Assembly: GCF_006345805.1 (NCBI RefSeq)
Contig: NC_043024.1
Coordinates: forward strand, 17,856,001 to 17,920,000
Reading direction: 5' to 3'
Length of the DNA: 64,000 bases
Source: Octopus sinensis
Lineage: Eukaryota
This document shows, in pieces, positions 53,526-64,000 of the stretch; the stretch's first letter is position 1, and the number at the start of each line of letters is the position of its first letter. The position numbers and the translations under genes were made by a program. Below the pieces are notes generated by a model. That model saw nothing but the letters and a program-made list of their open reading frames with translations. It did not search any database and was not told the origin of the DNA.

Positions 53526-54210
53526 GTGTGTATGTATGTTTGTATGCTTGTATGTATGCATGTAAGTTTGTATGTATGTGTACGTATAACTTTCTATCTT
53601 TACTGTTACTAACATATGTGTGCATGAGTGTGTGTGTGTGTCTGTATGTTTTATATCTCTACCACTGGTGGAATCACTACTAATCTTATACGATATTAAT
53701 TTAATAAGCTGTTTTATCTCCACAGTAAATATTCTCCACTTAGATTTTTACTTAGGAATAATAATCTATAATAACTTCGTTACAATATTAATTACTAACA
53801 CTACAGTTTTTTTGGTCTGGAATTTGTTTACACTTTTGAAATATTTCCTTGTTAGTGATTTTAAATTTTACCAACAGTGCCATCATGATTCTGGTTTAAA
53901 TGGCCTAAACCCAAAAAAATCTTTTTATCTTATGAACCCTTCAATATTTTTTGGTATACTTTCCTTTGTTATACAACCATTATTTCACATAGAGACCTGA
54001 TAAGAGGCTCTAACTATGCTGTTACGACAAATGAGCTAACCCACTCTGTCCTTGGGTCCACTTGCTCAATCCACCCTTTTATCACTTCCCCACTTATCCT
54101 TCACTCTAATCCCAGATGTTACTCAGTTCCTTCCCTTTCCACCCCCCCTATTTCCTCATCTGCTCCCACTCCAACACTCTCCCCTCTCCCGTTCCATACT
54201 CTCACATCAA

Positions 54211-54848
54211 CCCATTAACATTCAAATTACTTTCAAATGTAAGGTTTATTTATTCACATTACTCTTACTCTTTTACTTGTTTCAGTCATTTGACTATGGC
54301 CATGCTGGAGCACTGCCTTTAGCTGAACGAATCTACCCCAGGACTTATTTTTTGTAAGCCTAGTACTTATTCTATCGGTCTCTTTTGCCGAACTGCTAAG
54401 TAACTGGGACGTAAACACACCACCATCAGTTGTCAAGCGATGTTGGGGGAACAAACACAGGCATACAAACATATACATACACACATACACACACACACAC
54501 ACACATATACAATGGGCTTCTTTCAGTTTCCGTCTACCAGATACACTCACAAGGCTTTGGTCAACCCGAGGCTATAGTAGAAGACACTTGCCCAAGGTAC
54601 CATGCAGTGGGACTGAACCCAGAACTATGTGGTTCGTAAGCAAGCTACTTACCACACAGCCACTCCTATGCTTACATTGTTTTGAATTAATCATAAATTA
54701 TCTCATAACTTTGAGATTTTGAAGATGTGATCATTTATTTTTAGAATGACATTGTAGGGTAGGCATAAGAGGTCAAATCTAGCCAGTTTTAGAACATAAA
54801 ACAGGTAAAATTTTTGGGATGGTCATGGCTAGATTAAACGCTAAAAGG
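54211..54848. mobile_element. piggyBac-type MITE interrupted by SINE A
   Basis: CCCATTAACATT / AACGCTAAAAGG degenerate ends, TCAA and TTAA flanks; ACATT on both sides of the SINE. Confidence 0.55.
54261..54671 (-). mobile_element. SINE family A, full length
   Basis: Reverse complement of family A. Confidence 0.9.
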
Positions 54849-55007
54849 TTAAATTTGTTCCAGCCATCATAGGAGCTAGGGCTCTCTTTTGTATCACAAA
54901 CTGCAAGGTGACCCCAACAGTGCAGGTGCTACTAAGGCATGTTTTATCTTACTGATGGCAAGGTAACCTCTATAATGCTGGTGTCACAGAAAGAAAATAC
55001 TTGGTGC

Positions 55008-55175
55008 AGGCGCAGGAGTGGCTGTATCTTAAGTAGCTTGCTTACCAACCACATGGTCCCAGGTTCAGTCTCACTGCGTGGCATCTTGGGTAAGTGTCTT
55101 TTACTATAGCCTCAAGCCGACCAAAGCCTTGTGATTGGATTTGGTTGAAGGAAACTGGAAGAAGCCCATCATATA

Positions 55176-55214
<39 letters not shown>

Positions 55215-55432
55215 TTGCGTGTCTGTTTGTCCCCCCAGCATCGCTTGACAACAGATGCTAGTGTGTTTATGTCCCCGTAACTTAGCGGTTTGGCAAAAGA
55301 GACCAATAGAATATGTACTAGGCTTACAAAGAATAAGCTCTGGGGTCAATTTGCTCGACTATAAAGGCGGTGCCTCAGCATGGCCACAGTCAAATGACTG
55401 AAACAAGTAAAAGAGTAAAGAGAGAGAGAGAG
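55008..55432 (+). mobile_element. SINE family A, full length
   Basis: GGCGCAGGAGTGG head through GTAAAAGAGTAAAG tail. Confidence 0.9.
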
Positions 55433-56426
55433 TACAGTCTATAAATAGTTAGTAAAAAGAATCAAACAACAACATGAGGCGTTTGAGAGATGCTTTATTT
55501 TACTGATAGCAAGGTAACCTCTACAGTGCTGGTGCCACAAAAAATCTACTCATTACACTCTATAAGTAGTTAGTAAAAAGAATCAAGCAACAGCAGAAGG
55601 TATTTGAGAGACGTTTAATCTAACTGATGACAAAGTGACCTCTACAGTACTGGTGCCTCAAAAAAAAAAAATGCAGCCTGTACATTCTGTAAAAAGGCAT
55701 TTAACTCTAGAATGCGAAAACTGCTGCATTGGTCTTTGACTCAATGGGTCTTGTGAAACTGACCAGCCCATAATAATGGACATAAATTGATAATGATGAT
55801 GATGACAATGATAGTGGTGGTGGTGGTGGTGGTCATTGTCGTCATCATTTTCATTGTGCTGGTCGTTGCCATGGTAAGGAGGAGGTCTACATTTTCATGC
55901 AATTTTCAGAATTCAACTTTATCAAAACTTTGAAATAGTACTCGTTTATCATATTCATTATCATCATCATCATCATCATCATCATCATTATCTTCGTTGT
56001 TTTTTTGTTGTCATTTTTATGCCTGTCTTCACCCACCTTACTAGCTCCAGTTTGGACAAGATTTATTGAGACAGTATTCTTCCTATCAATATTTTCCATA
56101 TGCCAACCCTTCCTGTCAGGTACTTTATTCCATACCTTTGCATCGTTGAACTACTGGGCTTCCATATATTTTTCTTTGTGAGCAACATAAGCACATTGCT
56201 TGGTTGTTTGTTTGTTGGCTGGTCTGGTGGTGGTGATTACGATGACGACTGGTTGAGTTGATGAATGAGAATATGTTTCTTGGACATCATGGGGGAGTAA
56301 CAGAACTACACCCATGAGCATTTAACAAATTTCATTATCACATATAAGGTCAAACTGCATCTGGTCTTTTACAAATAGCAACAGAAATAATTACATACTG
56401 GGAAAGATAAACTGCTTGGATTTTAA

Positions 56427-56645
56427 AGGCAGTGAGCTGGCAGAATCATTAGCACACCAGGCAAAATGCTTAGCGACATTTCATCTGTCTTTACATTCAG
56501 AGTTCAAATTCCGCCGAGGTCAACTTTACCGTTTATCCTTTCGGGGTTGATAAATCAAGTACCAGTTGTGTACTGGGGTCAATGGGATCGACTTACCTCC
56601 TCCCCCAAAATTTCAGGCTTTGTGCTTATAGTAGAAAGGATTATC
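56427..56645 (+). mobile_element. SINE family B, full length
   Basis: GGCAGTGAGCTGGCAGAATC head, GAGTTCAAATTCC B box. Confidence 0.85.
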
Positions 56646-56862
56646 GTGTTTAAGGTGTTAAATTGCATTGGTCTTTTACAAATAGCAACAAAAATATTTA
56701 CATACTGAGAGAGATAAACTGCTTGGATTTTACAGCAAGCTACTGACACAGCAATATGTGGCTTGTCTGACTTAAAACAATTGTGCTATATTTGTGATAA
56801 CAGAGGTTCTTGGTCAACTGTCTGGTGTGGCAAGAATGGAGAGTCATGTCATCCAGCTGCCT

Positions 56863-57520
56863 CATCATCATCATCATCGTTTAGTTTTCCATGCTAGCAT
56901 GGGTTGGATGGTTCGACCAGGGTCTGGGAAGCCAGGAGGCTGCGCCAGGCTCCAGTCTGATCTGGCAGTGTTTCTACAGCTGGATGCCCTTCCTAATGCC
57001 AACCACTCCATGAGTGTAGTGGGAGCTTTTTATGTGCCACCAGCACAGGGGCCAGAAGAGGCTGGCAAAGGGCCACAATCGGTTGGTACTCTTTACATTC
57101 CACTGGCACGGGTGCCAGTAAAGGTGGCGCAGGCATCGGCCATGTTTGGATGGTGCTTTTTTCGTGCCACCAGCATGAGTATCACAACTACAATTTCTAT
57201 TTGATTTTTATTTTGATGTTGATGTACTTGACTCAATAGGTCTCTTCAAGCACAGCAGATCACCCTGCAATCCAAGGTTAGTACAGCAGGCTATCCTGTG
57301 AGCAATGAACTCACTTCATTTGTAGGGTCTTCACAGTCACAACATAGCTCAGAGGTCTCGGTCTTTCGTTATTGCCTCTGTGAGGCCCAACGTTCGAAGG
57401 TCATGCTTGACCCCCTCATCCCGTGTCTTCCTGGGTCTACCTTTATCCCAGATTCCTTCAGCTGTTTAGGAGTGGCAATTCTTCACACATCTCTCTTCAT
57501 CCATCCGTAGAACATGACCT
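56863..57520 (-). mobile_element. RTE-clade LINE 3' end, inverse of 1..870
   Basis: Reverse-complement similarity across the coding end, UTR and tail. Confidence 0.85.
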
Positions 57521-58454
57521 CAGTATTTTGAAATTAATTACCACCAAAAACAACCTTTTAATGGGTGCAAGATGATTCTAGAAGTTTGAATCATACAATG
57601 ACTTGAAGATTGGTTGCTTAACAGAAAGATCACATGAAATGGTCCTGATGTTTGACCAGTTGTTCAATGACTCGGTTTTGAATCCCCACTAACACCATAT
57701 TACCATCAACTAAAGACATTGGGTGACAAATACACATCATCATCATCATCGTTTAACGTCCGCTTTCTATGCTGGCATGGATTGGACAGCTTGACAGGAA
57801 TCTGCACAAGACTTTTGTGTTTGTTTTGGCAGGGTTTTTACAACTGGATACCCCTCCTAACACCAACCACCCCACAGAGTGGACTGAGTGCTTTTTATGT
57901 GGCACCAGCACAGGCAAGGTCAGTCTGTGTAAAGTTCTGATAAAATATCTGTTATCATTACCAAAACAATGTGTTTTTGTTGTGACAAATTTCACCAAGT
58001 GAAGCAGCTGAGAAGTTAACATGAGATGTCTGTGTTTACAGTGACAGAAAACTGTAGTAGTTGTATTGTGTAACCAAAGTTGAGTGAGCTATGATCTCAC
58101 AGCTGTTCATCTTGGCTAGTCTGCAACCACAGGTCACTTACTTTAATGGTCTGACAAAGAAAAGGCCCCAGAAACAAAATTGTTAATGATATTCCCGTAC
58201 ATTGTTTACAACATTGGGATTCTAACAAGCTAAGCATCTGTTAGTTAGCCCAGCTATTTTGAAAATAAGTTCTTAATGTTTTCACCAGAGATTTCAGTGG
58301 TCACTTGTTTACTGATGTCATCAACGTTCGGCAGAATCCTGTCTGTGTTGTGTAGTTAGCTTTATCCTTGAACACAGTGATTCAGTTTTGATTCCTAGGC
58401 AGTGAGTGTATCTGTATCTGTGTATGCATGTGTGCATGTGTTTGTGTAACTATA

Positions 58455-58780
58455 CAGGGGATTCCCACTAAATTTGGGAGTTTGCATAAAAAGACTTTTT
58501 AAACATCAAAACTTATCTTATAGATTATGTCTACAAGATAACCAGTTTACTGAAAGCAGTTATCCCTGGTTTCCACCTAGGCCCCAAGATGGCTCCAGAG
58601 GCTTGTGCATGCATTCCTTGCTGTGTCCCTGGGAAGATCCTCAAACACCTCTTTGATCTTGGCCACCAGCTTGGGTTTGGGTTTGCAGACAGGGCACTTA
58701 ATATCTTTCACAACTGTACCTCACACATTGTAATCCATGAGATTTCAATTGAGGGAATTATCGCAGAGCCACACCTGCAC
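58455..58780 (-). mobile_element. maT/DD37D-like fragment with one end
   Basis: 58580-58680 resembles 3260-3360; begins TA|CAGGGG. Confidence 0.55.
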
Positions 58781-58781
58781 A

Positions 58782-59526
58782 CCATCATCATCATCATCAC
58801 CATCGTCGTTATCATCATCATCATCACCTTCAGCATCATCATTGTCATTATAATCATCACCGTCATCATCATTGTTGTTTTTATTATCATCATCATCATC
58901 ATCATCATTATCTTCAGCATCATCATCACTCCCTGTCATCATCCTCATCATTGTCATTATAATCATCACTGTTAACATCATCATTGCCATGGTCATTGCC
59001 ATCATCAGCAGCAGCATCATCTTCAGCATCACCATCACTCTCTGTCATCATCAGCATCATTATCATCATTGTCATTATATTCATCACCGTCATCATCATC
59101 ATCATCATTGCTGTTGTCATTATCAGCATCATCATCATCATTGTCATTATAATCATCACTGTCATCATCATCATCATCATCGTCATCGTCACATCATATT
59201 TATCTTGAGTGTTACGCAACAGTTAATCCTGCACAAAGAACCTATTTACATGTCAAACTGTGATGTTTTAGTTTCTTTTCTTTTTCCTTTTTCAATCTCT
59301 GTGTGTGTATGCAGATGTATGTGTGTGTGTGTGTTTCATCTGATTCATATATATAAATATCAACAGGTCCATCTCACCTTCCATGTATTAATATTTTACA
59401 TTCTAGTGGTGGTAGTGGTAGCAGTGGTGGTGGTGGCAGCAGTGGTAGTAGTAGTAGTAGTCGTCGTCGTAGTAGTAGTAGTAGTATAATGGTGGTGGTG
59501 GTGGTGGTGGAAGCAGTAGTGGTAGC

Positions 59527-59557
<31 letters not shown>

Positions 59558-59605
59558 TCGTGGTGGCGGTGGGAATTGTAATAGTAGTAGTAGTGGTAGC
59601 AGTAG
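58782..59605. repeat. (ATC)n then (GTA/GGT)n trinucleotide arrays
   Basis: Direct inspection. Confidence 0.9.
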
Positions 59606-59896
59606 TTCTAAGTGTGACAGATTGCCTAAATGTCATGCAGTCTTATTTTTAGACAAAAACTCCTCCCAAACTCGATACCAATATATCATACCAAACAAGT
59701 ATAGGGGGTGGTTGCAATGATAATGAGATACCAGTAATTCATTGGGGTTGGTATAATCAAATGTTTCCTTCCTTCCCCTCTAGTGTATTATAAAATGCCT
59801 GTATTTTAAAATATTACTTTCAAGATTTGGCACAATGCCAGACAGTTCAGAAGAGGGGGTAAGTCAATTACATTGAGCCCCGCCCAGTACTCAACT

Positions 59897-60343
59897 ATTC
59901 TTTTACTTGTTTTAGTCATTTGACTGTGGCCATGCTGGAGCATCGCCTTTAGTCAAACAAATCAACCCCAGGACTTATTTTTTTGTAAGCCTAGTACTTA
60001 TTCTAATGGTCTCTTTTGCTGAACCTCTAAGTTAGGGGGACATAAGCACACCAACATCGGTTGTCAAGCGATGGCAAGGGGGGACAAATACAGACACACA
60101 AACACACACACACACACACAAACACACACAAACACACACACACACACACATACATACATACATACATATATATATATATACAACAGGCTTTTTTTAGTTT
60201 CCATCTACCAAATCCACTCACAAGGCTTTTGTCAGCTCGAGGCTATAGTAGAAGACACATGCTTAAGGTGCCACACAGTAGGACTGAACCCAGAACCATG
60301 TAGTTGGTAGGCAAGCTACTTACTACACAGCCACTCCTGCGCC
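59897..60343 (-). mobile_element. SINE family A inserted in a SINE B copy (59820..60500)
   Basis: Family B sequence on both flanks. Confidence 0.85.
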
Positions 60344-60722
60344 TAGTTTTTTTTTTCTTTTATTGACCCCCCCCCCCCCCATCCCGATGTATGTTAAGAA
60401 AAAGTCAACCTTGGCGGAATTTAAACCCAGAACATGCAGACAGATGAAGTGCCGCTACGCACTTTGCCTAGCGTGCTAAAGATTCTGCCAGCTTGCCGCT
60501 TTCTGCTATTATAAAGTATTAAAATAATTGTCAGACTGTCTACATTATACATGTTTGTGGCCTTCTGGATTAGTTGGGTTCAATAAAAAATATATGTTTA
60601 ATTAACCATGTGACCAAATAATGTTTTATATGCAAATGAAGATGACGTTGAATTTATATCATAAGCTACCATTTTGTGTGTGTGTCTATGTGTGAATCTG
60701 TATGTGCGTGTGTAAGTGTGTG

Positions 60723-60768
<46 letters not shown>

Positions 60769-60775
60769 CACACCA

Positions 60776-61300
60776 GATGTGGCTGGGTAAGAAGTTTGCT
60801 TCCCAGCCATATAGATCCTGGTTCAGTCCCACTGCATGGCACCTTGGGCAAGTGTCTTCTGCTATAGCTTCGGACCAACCAAAGCTTTGTGAACACATTT
60901 GGTAGACAGAAACTGAAAGAAGCCCATCATAGGAGTGGCTGTGTGGTAAGTAGCTTGCTTACCAACCACATGGTTCTGGGTTCATTCCCACTTCGTAGCA
61001 CCTTGGGCAAGTGTCTTCTACTATACCCTCAGGTCGACCAAATCCTTGAGAGTGGATTTGGTAGACGGAAACTGAAAGAGACCTCAATATTATGTAAATA
61101 GAGGAAATTTATCTATAAAATAATATGTTACATTACTTGATAGTCAAGATAAAACTCTGAGTTTCAGATGCCGAAGTGGGAATCCACAACGCCATCTCTT
61201 CGGTTATCTAGCCAGATAACCGAAGAGATGGCATTGTGGATTCCCACTTCGGCATCTGAAACTCAGAGTTTTATCTTGACTATCAAGTAATGTAACATAT

Positions 61301-61348
<48 letters not shown>

Positions 61349-61385
61349 ATATGTTTGTGTGTCTGTGTTTGTCCCCCCAACATCA
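60776..61385 (+). mobile_element. Two tandem SINE A heads, the second interrupted by a palindrome
   Basis: Heads at ~60776 and ~60928; SINE body resumes at ~61350. Confidence 0.8.
61114..61309. repeat. 196-bp palindrome (96-bp arms) with an HHR-like motif on each arm
   Basis: One mismatch between arms, 4-nt centre; plus-strand motif at 61214..61276. Confidence 0.9.
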
Positions 61386-61760
61386 CATAGATAGGTAGAT
61401 AGATAGATAGATAGATAGATACACCTATTATTTTAAAGAAATTAATTTCCCCAAAATTTTAGCTATTGAACAAGTATTTCCTTTGATGAAACCATCTCTT
61501 CATGAATTTAACACATCTAATTGTGTGTGTATATATATATATATATATATAAATCCTTAAAATCCTTAAAAATGTTTTAGCCCGAAGGCCGCGGCCATGC
61601 TGGGGCATACATACATTATTTTATTTTTATTTATATCTACCTACTTAGAGGGAAACCACCTCTATCTGCTCTCCATGGGCAGTCTCAACACCGCGTCTTT
61701 CAGTTGCAGTTCAAGCTGGAGTTTTAGTGGTAAACCCAACTAAGCACTCATACATAGTAT

Positions 61761-61872
61761 GATGGGGATACTGAAAAGTTCATGGCTTTAAGGGTATCGA
61801 CAGGATAGAAGTGTTATCTTTACAGGAGGGGTAGGACAACTATGTCAGGAACTTTCTAGCATCACCTCATGC
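61761..61872. mobile_element. Small mariner-type MITE
   Basis: Degenerate inverted ends ATGGGGATACTGAAAAGTTCATGGC / GTCAGGAACTTTCTAGCATCACCTCAT. Confidence 0.5.
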
Positions 61873-62012
61873 ATAACTATGACAGTTGACAAAAACTCCT
61901 TGTATATTCTAGACACACACATACACATGTATTATGTATACATGTATGTGTGTGTGTGTGTGTATATTCACATACCTGTATATATATGTATATGCATACA
62001 TATATATGTAAA

Positions 62013-62069
<57 letters not shown>

Positions 62070-62141
62070 ATTATAAAAGAAATTTTTGCGTAATGAGATA
62101 AAAAACCAAGGCTGTGAGATATTATAACATTTATAGATAGG

Positions 62142-62191
62142 TCTTACAGCTGTTTCCAGGATATTTATTAATAATATCCCTTCATTGGAGA
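62142..62191 (-). ncRNA. Degenerate minimal type I hammerhead
   Basis: TCT-CCAATGA-A-GGGATATT/AATATCCT-G-GAAA-CAGCTG-TA-AGA, with palindromic stem III. Confidence 0.55.
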
Positions 62192-62384
62192 TGCTGTGAG
62201 AGGATGGTTAAGTAATAGCTAATTTAGATGTGATACAAAATAGAGAGTGAAGTGGAGGAAATAAAATAAATGTGAGATATGTAGGGATTTGAATTTGTAG
62301 ATCCATTTTTTAGGCAGAATGGTACATATGTAAGATTCCAATACCTTAGGAGAAAAATCCAACAGTGTATAATATATATGTGTG

Positions 62385-62451
<67 letters not shown>

Positions 62452-62560
62452 TTGTATACATATGTATGTATGTATGCATATATATATATGTATATATATT
62501 AATATATATAATATATATATATATATATACGCGAGAAAGAAGCAACAAGAATGGATAGGT

Positions 62561-62651
62561 TTTTAGTACGATCGTTTCATACAAGGACAGGTTTTATTAA
62601 AAGTTGCAAAGATTACAGCATATAAACGAGTCCCGTACTCATCAGCTAAAA
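62561..62651 (-). ncRNA. Mirror copy of the same hammerhead
   Basis: Left arm of the palindrome. Confidence 0.8.
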
Positions 62652-62743
62652 TACATGTGAGTTCTCTAGACATCCTAGTGTTTGAGGCTATACTCATGAA
62701 GTAATAGCCTCAAACACTAGGATGTCTAGAGAACTCACATGTA

Positions 62744-62834
62744 TTTTAGCTGATGAGTACGGGACTCGTTTATATGCTGTAATCTTTGCAACTTTTAATA
62801 AAACCTGTCCTTGTATGAAACGATCGTACTAAAA
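62744..62834 (+). ncRNA. Type I hammerhead ribozyme with intact core
   Basis: Stem I TTTTAG/CTAAAA, CTGATGA, stem II GTACGGGAC/GTCCTTGTAT, GAAA, palindromic CGATCG, GUA site. Confidence 0.8.
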
Positions 62835-62978
62835 ACCTATCCATTCTTGTTGCTTCTTTCTCGCTTATAATCACCCCACATTACTGTATTGTTAAATCAG
62901 TATAGTTTTTTTTGGTGCATCTAAGTTAGGTACCATATTCAAGTAAATTCATTTAAATTAACTTGAATCTTTATTGCT

Positions 62979-63026
<48 letters not shown>

Positions 63027-63257
63027 CACGTGATCACGTGACCGACCAGACCATCAGATGTTGCTACACATCGCTGGTCACAATGCGTTCGCATTGTTTT
63101 AGCCTTCGAATGACGCCACCCCGCTGGCTAAGCGAGCAGGCCATATATGTATATATATATATATATATGTGTGTCTGTACACACAAGTATGCATGTAAGA
63201 GAAAACGAAGTGGAAAAAAATAGTACTCGAATACAAAAGGTAGAGTAATATGGTTTC

Positions 63258-63390
63258 ATTAAAGCTGCAAAATCTTCACCAAACTGTTGCTCACAGTTTC
63301 ACATTCCCATTTATGGACAGTCGTAACTGTCCAACGAATGGGAATGTGAAACTCTGAGTAACAGTTTTGTGAAAATTTTGCAGCTTTAAT
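63258..63390. repeat. Older imperfect palindrome with a degenerate minimal HHR
   Basis: ~64-bp arms around CGTA; ACTGT-CCAACGA-ATGGGAATGT-GAAA-CTCTGAG-TA-ACAGT at 63326..63365. Confidence 0.8.
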
Positions 63391-63404
63391 AAAGGTATAT
63401 ATGT

Positions 63405-63573
63405 CAAGCACCCATTACACTCTCGGAATGGTTGGCATTAGGAAGGGCATCCAGCCATAGAAAGCCATGCAAAATCAGACTGGAGTCTGGTGCAGCCTTC
63501 CAGCTCACCATCCCTGGTCAAACTATCCAACCGATGCCAGCATGGGCAACAGACATTATATGCTGATGATGAT
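63405..63573 (+). mobile_element. RTE-type tail fragment
   Basis: Shared tail and (GAT)n. Confidence 0.75.
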
Positions 63574-64000
63574 TTAAATTTCTCTGGATAACCAAGGAAT
63601 CGTGATTGGTCTTCACATAAATACTGAATCAGGTCTGTAAGAATATACATATGTTGGGTCTTTATTTTCATGCCACCATTTCTAGTAAGGCCACAAAGGG
63701 ACTTGCAAGACAAGAGAGAACGGGGAATGAAAAATGTCCCCTCAACTAAGAGAGGTGGTGCAGGGTAGGGTCAAATGGTTGTAAGTGTAATTATGTTTAT
63801 CATGTTCCCCAGCAGTAAACAATTATATTGAATTATTAATCTCTCTCGTAAAGTCACTCATTAAACAGAGAGCTACAGAAATGATAATGATTATTAAATG
63901 TGTGTGTGTGTGTATTGCATTTACAGGTTTGAAATTTCATCACTTTCTGAAGAACCATTTATTTTGGTGCCAGTTTAGTCACTTCGCTAAAACTAATAAA

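Larger units (their letters stand above)
62531..62864. repeat. 334-bp palindrome (161-bp arms)
   Basis: 62531..62691 is the reverse complement of 62704..62864 with no differences seen; near-palindromic centre. Confidence 0.95.

Noticed and set aside
2822-60310. Recurrent peptide 'QIHSQGFGQPEAIVEDTCPRCH' suggesting a gene family
   Set aside because: Antisense translation of SINE family A
811-63223. Most ORF-track entries (YIYI, THTH, CVCV, poly-H/M/I/V peptides)
   Set aside because: Translations of microsatellites, which lack stop codons in several frames

Overview
AT-rich eukaryotic non-coding DNA dominated by microsatellites ((TA)n, (CA)n, (ATC)n, (TAG)n) and transposon debris. The SINE types and microsatellite load suggest a coleoid cephalopod, probably Octopus (inference, not verified). 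I find no intact host protein-coding gene: almost all ORF-track entries are microsatellite or SINE translations. Recognisable elements are four tRNA-type SINE families in many copies, RTE-type and restriction-like-endonuclease LINE 3' ends, a full-length decayed mariner, mariner/maT/piggyBac-type MITEs, and Penelope-like element (PLE) coding remnants. The main hidden signal is a set of hammerhead-ribozyme (HHR) motifs, mostly beside (TA)n tracts. These include minimal type I HHRs, three long DNA palindromes carrying an HHR on each arm (61.1-63.4 kb), and a five-copy family with a deviant core. There is also a two-copy, covariation-supported pseudoknotted RNA whose hammerhead core strands are in a non-circularly-permuted order (40.4 kb and 46.1 kb, minus strand). 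All RNA structures were paired by eye and none has been tested.
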